DNA of 63,606 bases, the filler included, from Octopus bimaculoides (lineage: Eukaryota), in NCBI RefSeq assembly GCF_001194135.2. It is 7 parts of 7 records of this genome, joined end to end, with 100 filler letters (N's around TTAATTAATTAA, not from the genome) between each part and the next. Parts side by side here need not be neighbours in the genome. Positions count along the whole stretch, not along the records: positions 26,394 to 38,359 come from NC_068982.1; positions 38,460 to 49,025 come from NC_068984.1; positions 49,126 to 53,657 come from NC_068987.1; 4 more parts are not named here. One strand, 5' to 3'. The notes beneath the pieces were generated by a model, which saw only the letters and a program-made list of their open reading frames with translations, did no database searches and was not told the DNA's origin. The position numbers and the translations under genes were made by a program. Of the stretch, positions 36,789 through 50,312 are shown piece after piece (the first letter of the stretch is position 1; every line of letters starts with the position of its first letter).

Positions 36789-38084
36789 TTTGNNNNNNNN
36801 NNNNNNNNNNNNNNNNNNNNNNNNNNNNNNNNNNNNNNNNNNNNNNNNNNNNNNNNNNNNNNNNNNNNNNNNNNNNNNNNNNNNNNNNNNNNNNNNNNNN
36901 NNNNNNNNNNNNNNNNNNNNNNNNNNNNNNNNNNNNNNNNNNNNNNNNNNNNNNNNNNNNNNNNNNNNNNNNNNNNNNNNNNNNNNNNNNNNNNNNNNNN
37001 NNNNNNNNNNNNNNNNNNNNNNNNNNNNNNNNNNNNNNNNNNNNNNNNNNNNNNNNNNNNNNNNNNNNNNNNNNNNNNNNNNNNNNNNNNNNNNNNNNNN
37101 NNNNNNNNNNNNNNNNNNNNNNNNNNNNNNNNNNNNNNNNNNNNNNNNNNNNNNNNNNNNNNNNNNNNNNNNNNNNNNNNNNNNNNNNNNNNNNNNNNNN
37201 NNNNNNNNNNNNNNNNNNNNNNNNNNNNNNNNNNNNNNNNNNNNNNNNNNNNNNNNNNNNNNNNNNNNNNNNNNNNNNNNNNNNNNNNNNNNNNNNNNNN
37301 NNNNNNNNNNNNNNNNNNNNNNNNNNNNNNNNNNNNNNNNNNNNNNNNNNNNNNNNNNNNNNNNNNNNNNNNNNNNNNNNNNNNNNNNNNNNNNNNNNNN
37401 NNNNNNNNNNNNNNNNNNNNNNNNNNNNNNNNNNNNNNNNNNNNNNNNNNNNNNNNNNNNNNNNNNNNNNNNNNNNNNNNNNNNNNNNNNNNNNNNNNNN
37501 NNNNNNNNNNNNNNNNNNNNNNNNNNNNNNNNNNNNNNNNNNNNNNNNNNNNCACAAATTAAATCTTGCCATGGAGGAATGTAGTGGCGGACAAAAAACA
37601 AGACAGGAAAACAAACAGAAAAGGCTTTACGGCTAGACAAGAAAAATTATGTGTGTATGAACGCTGTGAGGCACGAACTTGAAAGTAGGGACGAAGTAGT
37701 TCGCGTGTTTGCTCGGCGATAGCCAAGGAAGAAAAGGATTATTGACCGGAAGCATGTGACCATGCCGGTGTAAGGGGAAGAGAGAGAGTGGTAGAGGGAG
37801 AAACAAAGGGAGGAAGTAGAAAAATAGGTGAGCAACGAGAGGAAAAGATAAAGAGAGGAAGTACAGGGGGAAAAAAGAGATACGTAGTAGAAACAGAGGA
37901 AGAACGAGAGGGGTAAAGCGAGATACGTAGTAGTAAAGAGGAAGAACGAGAGGGGGGGAAAATGATAGAGGAAGAGAAAGAGATAGAGTAGCGTCGGAAA
38001 ATATGAAGTTACGAAAACTACTTACAATTGGAGACGCTGTAAAAACAAATGTAAAAACAAATAGTAAATGAGTATATGCATATA

Positions 38085-38195
38085 TACGTACAGGTATGTG
38101 CATACCGACATCCACCTGTATGTATAGGTGCATATCTGGGTACAGGACATTGCAAATAAAACGTAGACGAGAAAACACACAAGCCACATAGAGAA
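38085..38195 (-). repeat. Dispersed repeat, partner at about 62470-62572
   Basis: ataggtgcatatctgggtacaggacattgcaaataaaacgtagac...gccacatagagaacatt is reverse-complement homologous to 62470-62572. Confidence 0.75.
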
Positions 38196-38477
38196 CATTA
38201 CATATATGTATGTATGTGTGTGTGCGTGTGTGTATATATATATATATATCAATATATATGTGTATATGTATATAGATAGATAGATAGATAGGTTTCTTTA
38301 TTAGCCACACAGGGCTCAACACAGAGTGAACAAAATACAAATGTAGAGTTTTTCTTTTCNNNNNNNNNNNNNNNNNNNNNNNNNNNNNNNNNNNNNNNNN
38401 NNNTTAATTAATTAANNNNNNNNNNNNNNNNNNNNNNNNNNNNNNNNNNNNNNNNNNNNATATATATATATATATAT

Positions 38478-38606
38478 ACGATGGGTTTCTTTCAGTACCC
38501 GTCTACAAAATCCACTCACAAGGTTTTGGTGGCCCCGTGTCTATAGTAGAAGACTCTTGCCCAAGACTCCATACAGTGAGACTGAACCCAGAACCATGTG
38601 GTTGTT
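38478..38606 (-). mobile_element. SINE family A fragment
   Basis: ttctttcagtacccgtctac...ccactcacaagg...cttgcccaag...gactgaacccagaaccatgtggttg. Confidence 0.85.
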
Positions 38607-38799
38607 CATGAACAGCTTGCTCGTGAAATTAACTTGCATGTGACCGAGCACTCCACAGACACGTGTACCCTTACGTAGTTCTCAGGGAGATTCAGCGTGA
38701 CAAAGAGTGTGACAAGGCTGGCCCTTTGAAATACTGGTACTACTCATTTTTGCCACTTGAGTGGACTGGAGCAACTTGAAATAAATATATATTGTTCAA

Positions 38800-38940
38800 A
38801 TTTACAGATAAACAAAAGACGTAGTCGGATGTATAAACAACAACCAGGTGTATTAGTTTGACACTTAGGAAGGTGAGAAAGTATTTTTTGTTTCGAGCCT
38901 ACGCACTTCAACAGAAAGGAATGTGAGGCGAGAAGATAAA
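38800..38940 (-). mobile_element. Penelope-like pseudo-LTR fragment with hammerhead-like motif (38881-38920)
   Basis: Homolog of 8250-8400. Minus strand CTTT-CTGTTGA-A-GTGC(GTAG)GCTC-GAAAC-AAA, more decayed. Confidence 0.6.
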
Positions 38941-39009
38941 AAGGAAAGAAAAATGAAAACAAAGAAACAGAGAATGAAAGAGAAGACGGAAAAGGAAAAC
39001 AAAAGGAAG

Positions 39010-39011
<2 letters not shown>

Positions 39012-39106
<95 letters not shown>
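39012..39106. repeat. (GA)n microsatellite
   Basis: Direct inspection. Confidence 0.98.
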
Positions 39107-39108
<2 letters not shown>

Positions 39109-41763
39109 GCCAAAGTAACAACGTACAGAGTAAGAAAAAACAGAAAGTCAACAAAGTTCAAAGAGGTTCAAACGTCGTGGTGTATTGAAACGATTTTTCA
39201 TCAGCGGAAGAGTCCATCCAGTGAAATCCATGTGCATACCCAGTAGTAATGCGGGTAGAATGCTGGTACGTAGATGAGGAGAGGTGCAGTAAGTTCAGGT
39301 AGCAGTAAGTCCGGAGTGTAGGAGGTTAAAGTAAGATAAATCTGGTGTGACCACGTGAGCATACAACAATATATATATATATATATCATAATGAATCATC
39401 AATTAGCTCCTAATAAATTTCTTTACATTATTTATTGAGTATTCTTTGCTTTACAAATAAAAAGGTACATCTGTATGTGTTGGTGAGTCTGTACGTATAA
39501 ATGTGTCGATGGATGGATGCATGCATGCATGGATGCATGGATGGATGGATGGATGGATTCGTATATATGTATATATGTATGTATTATTATAATCATTATT
39601 TATCTACTCATATGTGCACTTGTGTGTGTCTGTTTCATGTTACCTTCTGCAAAATTGCAGCCTTTATATCTTAAATATATTACGAGTCGCCATCTTCTAA
39701 ATAGACCATCGTTGAACCTAGAAGTGTATTAGTTTGAAGAACATCTTTTTACTGTAAGCAATCAGTAGTAATTTATTCTTCCATTCTACCGTTTCCACTA
39801 ATGAACACACCATGCCATATATGACGGCCTCGCTATGGGGAGATGTAGGGCATGTTACAAGTAGAAGCGGGCTTCCCAAGCTTTTGGCAAGATTTCAATA
39901 ATATAACTATCAAATGAGTCTATGCTTGTCACTTGTTATTACTATATCTTGTGTTTTCGTTTATTTGTGATGAATGTGTGTGTGCATATGTGTGTATGTG
40001 CGTGAGTGTGTGTATGCATTTAAGTATGTATATATATATTTATATATATATATATATATATATATNNNNNNNNNNNNNNNNNNNNNNNNNNNNNNNNNNN
40101 NNNNNNNNNNNNNNNNNNNNNNNNNNNNNNNNNNNNNNNNNNNNNNNNNNNNNNNNNNNNNNNNNNNNNNNNNNNNNNNNNNNNNNNNNNNNNNNNNNNN
40201 NNNNNNNNNNNNNNNNNNNNNNNNNNNNNNNNNNNNNNNNNNNNNNNNNNNNNNNNNNNNNNNNNNNNNNNNNNNNNNNNNNNNNNNNNNNNNNNNNNNN
40301 NNNNNNNNNNNNNNGAGAGAGAGACAGAGAGAGAGAGACAGAGAGACAGAGACAGAGAGAGAGAGACAGAGACAGAGAGAGACATACACAGACACACACG
40401 TCTTGTTTGTCCTTGTTTTGTTTTTGTGTCTTTTTGTTCTCTTTTTCTGAGTTTTTTTTATTTTTCTATTATTTTTAGTTTTTTTTTTTGTATTATTCCA
40501 CATTTTATGATATTTTACAAGATATTCTGATATCAAATACCAAATAACAAACAAATTACGGAACGTAGTGGAATCAACATCCTACCTTCACTTTAATTGC
40601 AAATTATAATAGCATTTTGGACATTTTACAAAGTAAATGCTTTGTATTGTTTGTTGTACTTGTTCTTATCATTGTCTTTGTTCTTGTTGTTTTGTGTCTA
40701 ATGTGTGTTTTTTTTTCTTGCAGTTCGTTTCACTGCGTTGAGTATGATTAGTAGGAGGGGAAAGAGGAAGATTGAAATAAAGAGGGTATGGAATAGGGAA
40801 AAAAGAAGTATTTATACTAGTGATAGTGCAATGTTAATGTGTATTGATGCAACATTATTTTCTAGATAGTGCTATAGTTTGTACTATTTTGCATTGACTG
40901 ACTTTAGTTTGCGGCACAAGTAACAGCAGCATAATGAAAATCCTGAATAACATAAAATAAACATAATTAATAAACTCACTTGAAATACATTTGACAAATG
41001 AGATCAGTTCCGATCACGTTTGTACATGGAGGTGGAGCACACCTAATTAATATCTGCCTCAATGTTTGCTCGTGTTTCGATATTTTTACATAGTTTTATT
41101 TTTTTATTTTTTACTTCTTTTGAGGAATTTTTTTATTTAGATTTATTCATCAATATTTCATTTGACATAAAATCCATCATAAAGGCCGTTTTGTGTTTTC
41201 AGGTGGTGTTAGAAATAGAGCAATTAAGAAATCAATCTAGTCTTTAAATAACTTTATAAATGAAGGGGAAAAGCAAATCTTAATCTCGGATATTTTCGGT
41301 GGTGGGAAGATTGATATGTTAAATGGTAGGGACGTTATGTAAGTTATTTAAACCCAACTCAGTTCGGATCGATTTATAGCACTTTCGAACTGTTAAACAT
41401 AGTCTACTTTGGATTATATTATCCAGTTTGTTCATTTTCTTAAGACTGTAGAGTATCTATTGAGAAAGATTAGGCTGCTATCCATAATTGGTTAAGTGAT
41501 CATTTAGATACATTGAATATGGTTTCTCAAGAAATACCGTACGTAGATTTCTCAGATTCGAAAAGCCGATCCGTAAAAACTGAAGCAAGGATGAAATGAA
41601 AATAACGATATACAAAAATATATCTAGAGATTTCAACTTATCATCATTTCTCAGACGTATTTAGAATGCTTAAAATTTAAGGCGGAAGTAAAGTATTCTT
41701 GGAAACTGAGAGTTGATGGTATTGGACATAAGACTGGCCGTTAGCAAAGCCATCAATGGGTCG

Positions 41764-41764
<1 letters not shown>

Positions 41765-41825
<61 letters not shown>
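41765..41825. repeat. (GATA)n microsatellite
   Basis: Direct inspection; similar arrays at about 45045-45090, 59900-59980 and 61495-61610. Confidence 0.97.
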
Positions 41826-41826
<1 letters not shown>

Positions 41827-41859
41827 TGATACATACGTATGTGTGTATTTGTCTATGAG

Positions 41860-42055
41860 TTTATGTTTCTCCCCCTTCTATGCTTAACAACCAGTGTTGG
41901 TGTGTTACATTCCCGTAACTTAACGGTTCAGCAAAAAAGAACGAGAGAATAAGCACGAGGTTAAAAAAAAGACGTTCCAGGGCCGATCCATTTGAGTAAA
42001 TTTCTTCAAGACGGTTCTCCATCATAATCTCAGTCTAATGACTGAAAAAAATTAA
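41860..42055 (+). mobile_element. SINE family A tail portion
   Basis: caaccagtgttggtgtgttacattcccgtaacttaacggttcagcaaaa...tctaatgactgaaa. Confidence 0.7.
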
Positions 42056-42289
42056 GATGATAGACACTAGATCTATGATAGTGGTTGTATATCCTATTTA
42101 GAAGACTAGCCTTCTATACTAATAGTTCGAATCAAACTCAAATATTGCTAAACCATGATTGATAGCAGAAAGTCCAATCCTTGATAATTATCAAATCATT
42201 AGTAATTGAAACCTTTAAAGTTGGTAAAGTTATCTGTAATATCACTTCAAATCAGTCAGCAAAATTTCATCTTCATATTCTTTATCATG

Positions 42290-42555
42290 GCAATCAATCA
42301 ATCTGCTGCTGCTGCTGAGAACCCCTTCGGTCATGACTGACCATGGGATTGCACCTAGAAAGTTGCCCTCCCAAGCTCAAATCCAGGCAAGGTTGTTTGT
42401 TTTTTATGGAAGACCAGCAGTCGGCCATGCATACTGGCCTCCCCTCTCTACGCCACCAGTGATATCCAAGGGAAAGGCAAAGGCCGATACAGCTTGGCAC
42501 CTGTGACGTCGCAACTCATTTCTACAGCTGAGGGATCTGGAGCAACGTGAAATAT
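42290..42555 (-). mobile_element. SINE-like repeat with LINE-like 3' tail
   Basis: gagaaccccttcggtcatgactgaccatgggattgcacctagaaag...ggaagaccagcagtc...ctggagcaacgtgaaata; shares the ggagcaac.tgaaata box with 38612-38790 and 25280-25490. Confidence 0.65.
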
Positions 42556-42765
42556 ATATATATATATATATATATATAGCGGAGTAATCGCATATATGCG
42601 AAACAAGGTGGAAAAATAGTCCTCGAATAGAGTAATATGCTTTATTAAAAAGTAGCAAAAATATCACAGAAACTCTGAGCAACAGTTTTTCATAAAGTTT
42701 ATATGAGTGTGGGGGGGGGGCTTTGTGTGGGTGTATACGTACGTACGTATGTGTGCATGTATGTA

Positions 42766-42809
<44 letters not shown>

Positions 42810-43475
42810 TGTATGTGTAGATGTATGTATGTGTGTATGCATTTATCATTTTGCAATACCAAATGTTAAAAAACCGCTGCTAGAAATTAGAGATAAATGC
42901 ATATTTATATAAAAATATATAATGTGTGTTAGAAAATAGTCTGAAAATTCTGAATAGCTAATTTGTTACAACTAATGGTTTTATTATTCCATTCAGGCTT
43001 GAAATTTACAAACGGAATTCTTCTGAATTGGAAAGAAATTTGAAGCTCACTGATGCTAGACGTCAATTTGATGTATCAAGTTAATCTCTCTCTTTGGCGG
43101 CGAGACTTTGTTTACATTCGTGTCTAGCCGGGGGTTTCATGCTCTTTGGTTCGTAACCGAGGTCAATATTCTCTGAATAAGTAATTACAATGTTCGGTAG
43201 GCATTACTTCCCACTTAGTATGAGCAGTAGTTCTCTCAGTAGTTGAACATTATTTGCATGTGTCTTCGAATACCGTTAACAAGATCCTATGCACTAAACT
43301 GCAACTTTTTTCTACCAGTAGCAGTTCGATGAATGTACAGATAGAGAAATGCTTTTCAATGTACAACAATTATGTGGCAACATTAACTCAAATCCCATTG
43401 ATTTTGAAACGGTTTGCAGAGACTTCACAGACTAAATGTAATAAGCAAAAATAATACAAAATGAATAGCATGAAA

Positions 43476-43650
43476 TAATAGCTTCAAATTTTGGTACAAG
43501 GCCAGCAATTTCGCGAAGGTAGAAAATTGATTACATCGACCCCACTGATGAACTAGTACTTATTATATCGAACCTGGAAGGATGAAAGGTGAAGTCGATC
43601 TCGGCAGAATTTGAACTCAGAACGTAAAATCGTATGAAATATTACCAAGT
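43476..43650 (-). mobile_element. SINE family B
   Basis: gattacatcgacccc...ggaaggatgaaaggtgaagtcgatctcggcagaatttgaactcagaacgtaa. Confidence 0.85.
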
Positions 43651-45044
43651 TTATCAAAAGAGCGGCAAGGAAAAGCTTATATCATATGTGTGTGCATGTG
43701 TGTGTGCGTGTGGTGTGTGTGTGCGTGTGGTGTGTGTGTCTGTATGTGGGTGTGTTTGGGTATAATGTGCTATACTTCCTCTTCCAGTTGCACATTAATT
43801 ATAGAGTCCTACCGACATGAAATGACATAGAATTTGGAATATTTTGCATATACGATCTCACTTAGACATATCAAAAGGTCCAGCATTCGACATCCAGTCG
43901 GCAATTCAAGTAAAATTAAGATTAATTGGTCAAAATTGCAAACTGATAGTCTATATCTTTGTGGGTGTATACTAAACATTGGATTCGAACCTGCTTCGAC
44001 CCTGTCCCGATCGCCATATCCCTTATTGTATTATATCATGTGATAAAGGCTTTTATAACAGCAATGAAGTAAAAAAAATAATGTATTTGTTTTATTTAAA
44101 AATTTTTTTTATTTTTCACGGCTTATAATCCTTTTGTTCTATTTCATTATCCACAATCATTGGAATATGTTCCTTCAATTATTATATATTTCATTCAAAT
44201 GTTCTTGATTCCAATACTGCAAATTATGTGAAACCTCATCATCCGTATAGTTTCATCAACCGATTGTAGTGAATATACCTACATATGCATTTCCCTTGAT
44301 TCACCGATATTATTTTCTTATTCATAGGAAGCTTTACTGTAGTAGTTTCATGGGAGATATTTAGCCTAATTGAAACGTAGTTAAAATAGCTGTTTTGTTT
44401 CATAGAAAATAAATAAAAGTAAAACTAAAACAGAAAAGAATCACAGAAAATGCAATATGAAAGAAAGAAAAGCTTCAAACGCAAGAGACTTTATGAGTGT
44501 GAAGATGTATCACTGCGTCTTTGTTGGATATTGTCAAAATAGGATTGCTTCTTCGTCATAAACTGTTGTTATTTTTTCTTATTGCTTTTCAAAGAAAATA
44601 GCATGAAATTAAATACAAGCTTCATATACCATTTACATGAAGTACATGGAGTACGTATTCACACACTTGCATACATACGCGCGCGCGTATTGTGCGTAAA
44701 TATGTATGTGTGTATGTATGTATGTATGTATGTATGTATGAATATATTTATGTGTGTACATGTGTAAAGTAAAACATATCGTATTTCTGAACGCTTAGTA
44801 TCTTGTGCACCGTGCCTCTATGTGTGTTTGTGTATGTATGTATGCGCGTCCGTATGTGTGTGCGTATGTGGGTGCGAGTAAGTGAGTGCGTATCAACGAC
44901 CGTATACATACCTACTAATACAAAAATAGAAATATGCGTAAACGACACTCGTACACATGCAAATAAAGTAGTTACATACATATAAAAATACACTCTCACA
45001 AACGCACAAATATACAGACACACATTTATGAGTAAGTTTGTATG

Positions 45045-45094
<50 letters not shown>

Positions 45095-46324
45095 TTAACT
45101 ATCAATAGTGTACTATATACGTACGTGCCTGTACACACATTATTACACAGATACACACACTCACACAGATATACTACGCACAGATACGTATACGGAACCA
45201 GAGACTGCTACGTGTCATGCTATTTTGCTTCTGTTCCTTAATTTTATTTTTTTCTATTTCTTCTTTTTCTTTTTCTTTTTCTTTTTTTTTTGTTTTTTTG
45301 TTTACCAATTGTTCTCATTCTACTGAACGATAGAATAGCATGTGGGTCGAATACAAAAGAACAAACGCTAACATAACAAGTTCACTGCTAGTGGAAATGA
45401 TTCCACGTGCTAATTACGGAATAAGAGTAGTTGTTAAAATAAGAGAGCGAATAGCGGGAAAACATAGTGAAGAGAAAGATAACAAATCTGGTGCAAAAAT
45501 ACAAAAATAACGGGTGGAAAAAAAAAACAACCTATGAACGAGAGGAAATAGCAAGATGTTCAGATTGTTCGAAGTTCAGAATTTTAAAGAAAGAAAAAAA
45601 TAATTAATCAATAGTGAAACGAAATGTTGTTAATCCTGGAAACCTGGAAACCTACAATTCTATATATAAACCGCCAGTACATTATAATGGAAGTAAAGAT
45701 AGTTATATTATATGTTTTATGTGTAGTTATATATCTACGAATATATCTATATACGTAGCAATGTCGCTAGTTTCGTAGGATAAGGATTGAACGGTGAGGG
45801 TTTGAATGCATGAAATATTTTTGATACGTTTTTCGTAGATTTATCTCCATACAGATCATTAATACCTTTGGAAATATATGAAGGTCTACATTCGCTTCTC
45901 TTTCTCCCCCCCCCCTCTCATTTAAATTCACTAGCCAGATGAAAACTCCTCCGATCATCATGATACAGTAACTAGCAGATAAACTAGATAAAACTACCAC
46001 TTTAGCCTTCAGTGTTTTTATTAATTCTTCACTATATACATAATATACCTTCTCCCAAATTCTCTTTCTCGATTCCATCCGTCTACCATCATGTAGACAC
46101 AGTCGCGAAATATGAAAGATTCTTCAATCAAACAAAACAAATATTTAGAGAGAGTGGGCCTAAATTCCTTTCTTCATCTATCTGTTCATTATTTTAATCT
46201 CTACAGAAATATATCCCATACTCATCGGTACATTCGAGTGTACATCCCATAATCAAAACAAATCCACCTCTTCTATAGTATTGCATGCTGCTTTGATTCT
46301 ATGTGGTTCTTCATACCTTTAGAG

Positions 46325-46581
46325 TAGTGGTTCTCAACCGTGACCCATATGACCCTTGCGGCACTATATAAGATTTTGATGTTAAAATTTATGTGCATTA
46401 CATTGCTTATAATTGTATAATACACAAAATAGTTTAACAGTATGTTTAATACAATTGCTAATAATATATCACTATACAAGATGTACGAGGATTTTTTAAA
46501 ACATTGAATGGCTCTGAGGGTCCACCTGAGTAAGATAAGAATCAAAAGGGTTCGCAGACAAAAAATGGTTGAGAGCCGCTG
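46325..46581. mobile_element. hAT-Charlie-like MITE
   Basis: TIRs tagtggttctcaacc / ggttgagagccgctg (12/15), flanked by imperfect 8-bp TSD ctttagag / acttagag with a TAGA core. Confidence 0.78.
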
Positions 46582-46589
46582 ACTTAGAG

Positions 46590-46950
46590 CTATCCGTGAT
46601 GTGCTTTTCTATATCACATCTTCTAGTCTAGAAAACTCCATCGAAATTAGTATCGTTGATCTTGACATCAACGAATTCTTCGACCTTGTCTGCCTCTGCC
46701 ATAAAAGTCTTTTAACTAAGCTGCACAACTATGAGTTACATCCATGGTTACATCATAGATCGGAATTTACACGTCCTTTTATCGGAGCTTTTGTCGACGA
46801 CGATCCCATGCGATCTACATTCTGACTAGTTTACGATGTCTCAGAGTTCGGTTCTGCTTCCTCTTCTTAAATTAATTACCTCCCTTCTAACACACGTACC
46901 TACGAAAATGATATTCGAATTTACTCATAATAAACATTCTACACTAGGTA
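46590..46950 (+). mobile_element. Degenerate CR1/L2-like LINE RT fragment
   Basis: SSSLENSIEISIVDLDINEFFDL...HKSLLTKLHNYELHPW, then QSSVLLPLL resembles ALDISKAFDRVWH..LL.KL..YG and QGSVL.P.LF. Confidence 0.6.
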
Positions 46951-46978
46951 TTATCAAGGCAGGTTTCTACTGGTTATA

Positions 46979-47846
46979 CGAGGTTCGTTCAAAAATTATC
47001 CGACTTTATTTTTTCCCACTATCCCGCTAAAACTAATGCCGTGTAGACAAAATCCTTTCGATGAGACGTGGCACCACCCTTTCTGCACCTGCGTAAGAAT
47101 TTTTGCGCCGGTAGGTGATGTCAATTCCTCGGTGTTATGCCTAGAGTACAGGGGTGTATTACTTGTCGGAATTTTTTTTTTTCACCAAACGTATCGAGCA
47201 GAGATATTGCATCAACTTTTGCCAAAAGCTTAGTGATACTCCAGCTCAAAGCATCCAGAAGATTCAGCAGACCTTACACTCGGGTCAAAGCGTGGTACAA
47301 CCGCTTCAAACATGGCTTCACCTCAGAAGAGAGTGAGACACACTCAAGCAGGCCATCCACAAGCCAAAATATGGACCTAATCGAGAAGGTTTGGTGAATA
47401 GTCATGGAAGACCAAATGAGAATAAGCATAGGATCAGTGCATTCGGTTTTAATGATTTGCGCATGGAGAGAAGGTCGGAGAAATTCGTCCGCAAAGTGCT
47501 GAGGGAGCCTCAGAAGCAACTTCGTTTGGAAATAGCGTTGGAAATACTGGACTGTGAAAACCACGACTCAGATTTCATGAAGACCATCATTACAAATGAT
47601 GAGATTTGGGTTTATGGTCCCTACTCGATGTGTTCGGTTTCATGCATGAAAACGAAAATCCGGCAAGTACGCTCTACACCTCTATAGTTTAGGAGTAACA
47701 GCCGGGAACTAACGCGGCCTACCGGCTCGAGCACTTTCTTCCATGCGCAGAAATGGTGGTGTCATCTACCATCCAAAGGGTTTTGCCCACGCGGCATCGG
47801 TTTTGCAGGGGAAAAATAAAGTCTGATTCATTTTGAGCACACCTTG
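46979..47846 (+). mobile_element. Internally deleted mariner (Tc1/mariner) transposon
   Basis: TIRs cgaggttcgttcaaaaattatccgactttatttttt / aaaaataaagtctgattcattttgagcacaccttg, with TA on the left. IEQRYCINFCQKL, WYNRFKHG...SRPSTS and FMKTIITNDEIWVYG (first catalytic D). Confidence 0.9.
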
Positions 47847-48070
47847 AATTCGCATCTTTCATAAAGAAATTTTCTGATATGACGAGTTATACGAATCTTG
47901 TTGAGGTTTTGACAAAATACGCAAATAATTGAACCCATCTTCCTTTCAAATTACAAAAAAACTCTTTGGTTTAATGTAAGGTCTCCTATGAAAGCAAAGC
48001 GGAATACATGCTAATAACACATTTCGCTCGAACTCAGTTTTCCAATTTAATCTCAAACATGGTACTTGGA

Positions 48071-48116
<46 letters not shown>

Positions 48117-48919
48117 GCATACACAGGTGTGTGTGTGTGCATATATACGCATATATATATGCATTCATATATACACACACATGAATATGTTCATATGCGT
48201 GAGTGCGTTTTTTCTCGGTGTGTTAATAAATGTTACTTTTAAAAAATCTGTGTTGTGTTCTATGGAAAAACATAGCCTCTGAAAAAAAAAAACTCTGATT
48301 TATGTAAATATTAAGAAATGCAACAATTATGAAAAAGAAACTAGCTCACTGTGTACGTAGTGATTATATAAACACATGACTGTCATGACATCTATTAAAA
48401 TTATTTCTGTTTAAATATATCAATTTAATATTTGCCAACATGCACGTGCAATTTCATAGACGGATAGGAAATATGAAAGGTAGATGTTTTAATGAAATTA
48501 TATTATTCACACAATTGAATACACATTTACTGTCAAATTGCACACATCTAATTCAAAAACAGCGCATCAACGCGCGTTCATTTTCTATATATCTGTTTTT
48601 CTGTATTTCTTTCTGTGTATGGGTCTGTATATCATTCAGTGTTTACTTATATCAATCATTGGACAGTTGAAAATATCGCCTCCTGTACTTATCATCATCT
48701 TTAAGTTCGGTACGTGTTCTATCAAACTCTTCTTGACGAATTGGTAAGGAAAGGGGAGGTCGACAAACCAATGACAGTTGTCCAGCGATGGTGAGAAAAT
48801 AAGCACAAATACAATGACACACACACGAGTACTACACATGTTCACGTGAGTGCATACTCACATAAAGTCACATGCACATACACACACGTAAGCACACACA
48901 CACACACGCTCGCACACAC

Positions 48920-49014
<95 letters not shown>

Positions 49015-49145
49015 GAGAGAGAGAGNNNNNNNNNNNNNNNNNNNNNNNNNNNNNNNNNNNNNNNNNNNNTTAATTAATTAANNNNNNNNNNNNNNNNNNN
49101 NNNNNNNNNNNNNNNNNNNNNNNNNTGTGTGTGTGTATGTATACA

Positions 49146-50312
49146 TCTCTTTCACCACATTGAAGTTATACTTGAAGCCTTGGGAACAGGTTCGAACTCT
49201 GATGTCATATATCTTGACTTCAGTAAAGCGTTCGACAGGGTTGACCATAATATCTTGCTCTCAAAACTGGCAAATGTTGGAATCGGAGTCCACTCAGCCC
49301 ACCAAAAGTCGCCAGTGGTGTCCCTCAGGAGACTGTCTTGGGCCCGCTCCTCTTTATAATTTACATAAATGACCATTCCAGCGTCGTAAATCACTGCAAA
49401 GTGAAAATATTTCCTGATGACACTAAGCTCCAGCAAATCATCAATGAAGAAGAAGACCGAATTCAACTCCAATCTGATCTATATGCTGTGAGTCAATGGG
49501 CAGAGAAAAACAAAATAAAACTAAACGAGGGAAAATTTGAGCTGATGCATTTTGGAAGAAAGTGTATACTAAAACAGCCATACTCTCTTCCTTTAGGGGA
49601 ACCGCTCACAGCATCCAATAATATCAGAGATCTGGGTGTAATTGTTGATAACAATCTCAACTGGAGTGCCCACATCAACAATAAGGTCAATTTCACTTTT
49701 CTCCTCCTTTGTACGGCCACACCTCGAATACTGCCGCCCCTTGTGGTTTCCCCATACAAAACAAATCATATCGAGGATTGAATCAGCCCAGAGGGCACTC
49801 ACTAAACGAATTGATGGCATGACTGATCTCGATTACTGGGACCGCCTTAAAGCCTTGAAACTACTCTCTCCACCACCGCCGCGAGCGGTACATCATCTGG
49901 ACGATGTGGAGAATATACTACCAGCATAGCCCAAACGACTTGAACTTTAGTTTCAAGATTCATCCAGTCTGGGACCACGGGCCATACGTCCGCTGCCTAA
50001 TTCAGGATCACAACATACAGGTACACTGCAGCATAATTTCTTTTCCTCAACAGGCCCTGCACTGCCTAACATTGTCCTAAAACCGATAAAAGAGGAAAAG
50101 GATACTATCAGCTTTAAACGAAGTCGAGACAGATTTCTTCAAGGAATACCAGATAAGCCACCCATACCTGGATACAACTCATTCAACAAGAACTCACTAC
50201 TTGAATGGACCATTAGCTAAAGTTGACTTAAAGAAGATTTAGACAATCCTATCAGGTGGTGCTATTAAGTTAGACATGGCCTGGACCAATGTTTGGTCGA
50301 AACATATCTACG
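49146..50312 (+). mobile_element. CR1-clade LINE 3' portion (RT), frameshifted with internal deletions
   Basis: DVIYLDFSKAFDRVDHNILLSKL, SGVPQ.TVLGPLLFIIYIND, IFPDDTKL, IRDLGVIVDNNLNWSAHI, VRPHLEYC..LW.P, QRALTKRIDGM..LDYWDRLKALKL. Confidence 0.93.

Noticed and set aside
41200-42270. Further weak PLE-like traces (also 14160-14420 and 39640-39930)
   Set aside because: Only 4-7-residue motif matches (for example YDGLAMG at about 39820) amid stops; plausible but not supportable without HMM search.
43310-43420. QFDECTD resembling a hAT transposase LDESTD motif
   Set aside because: Flanking residues do not continue the match, so it is too short to call.
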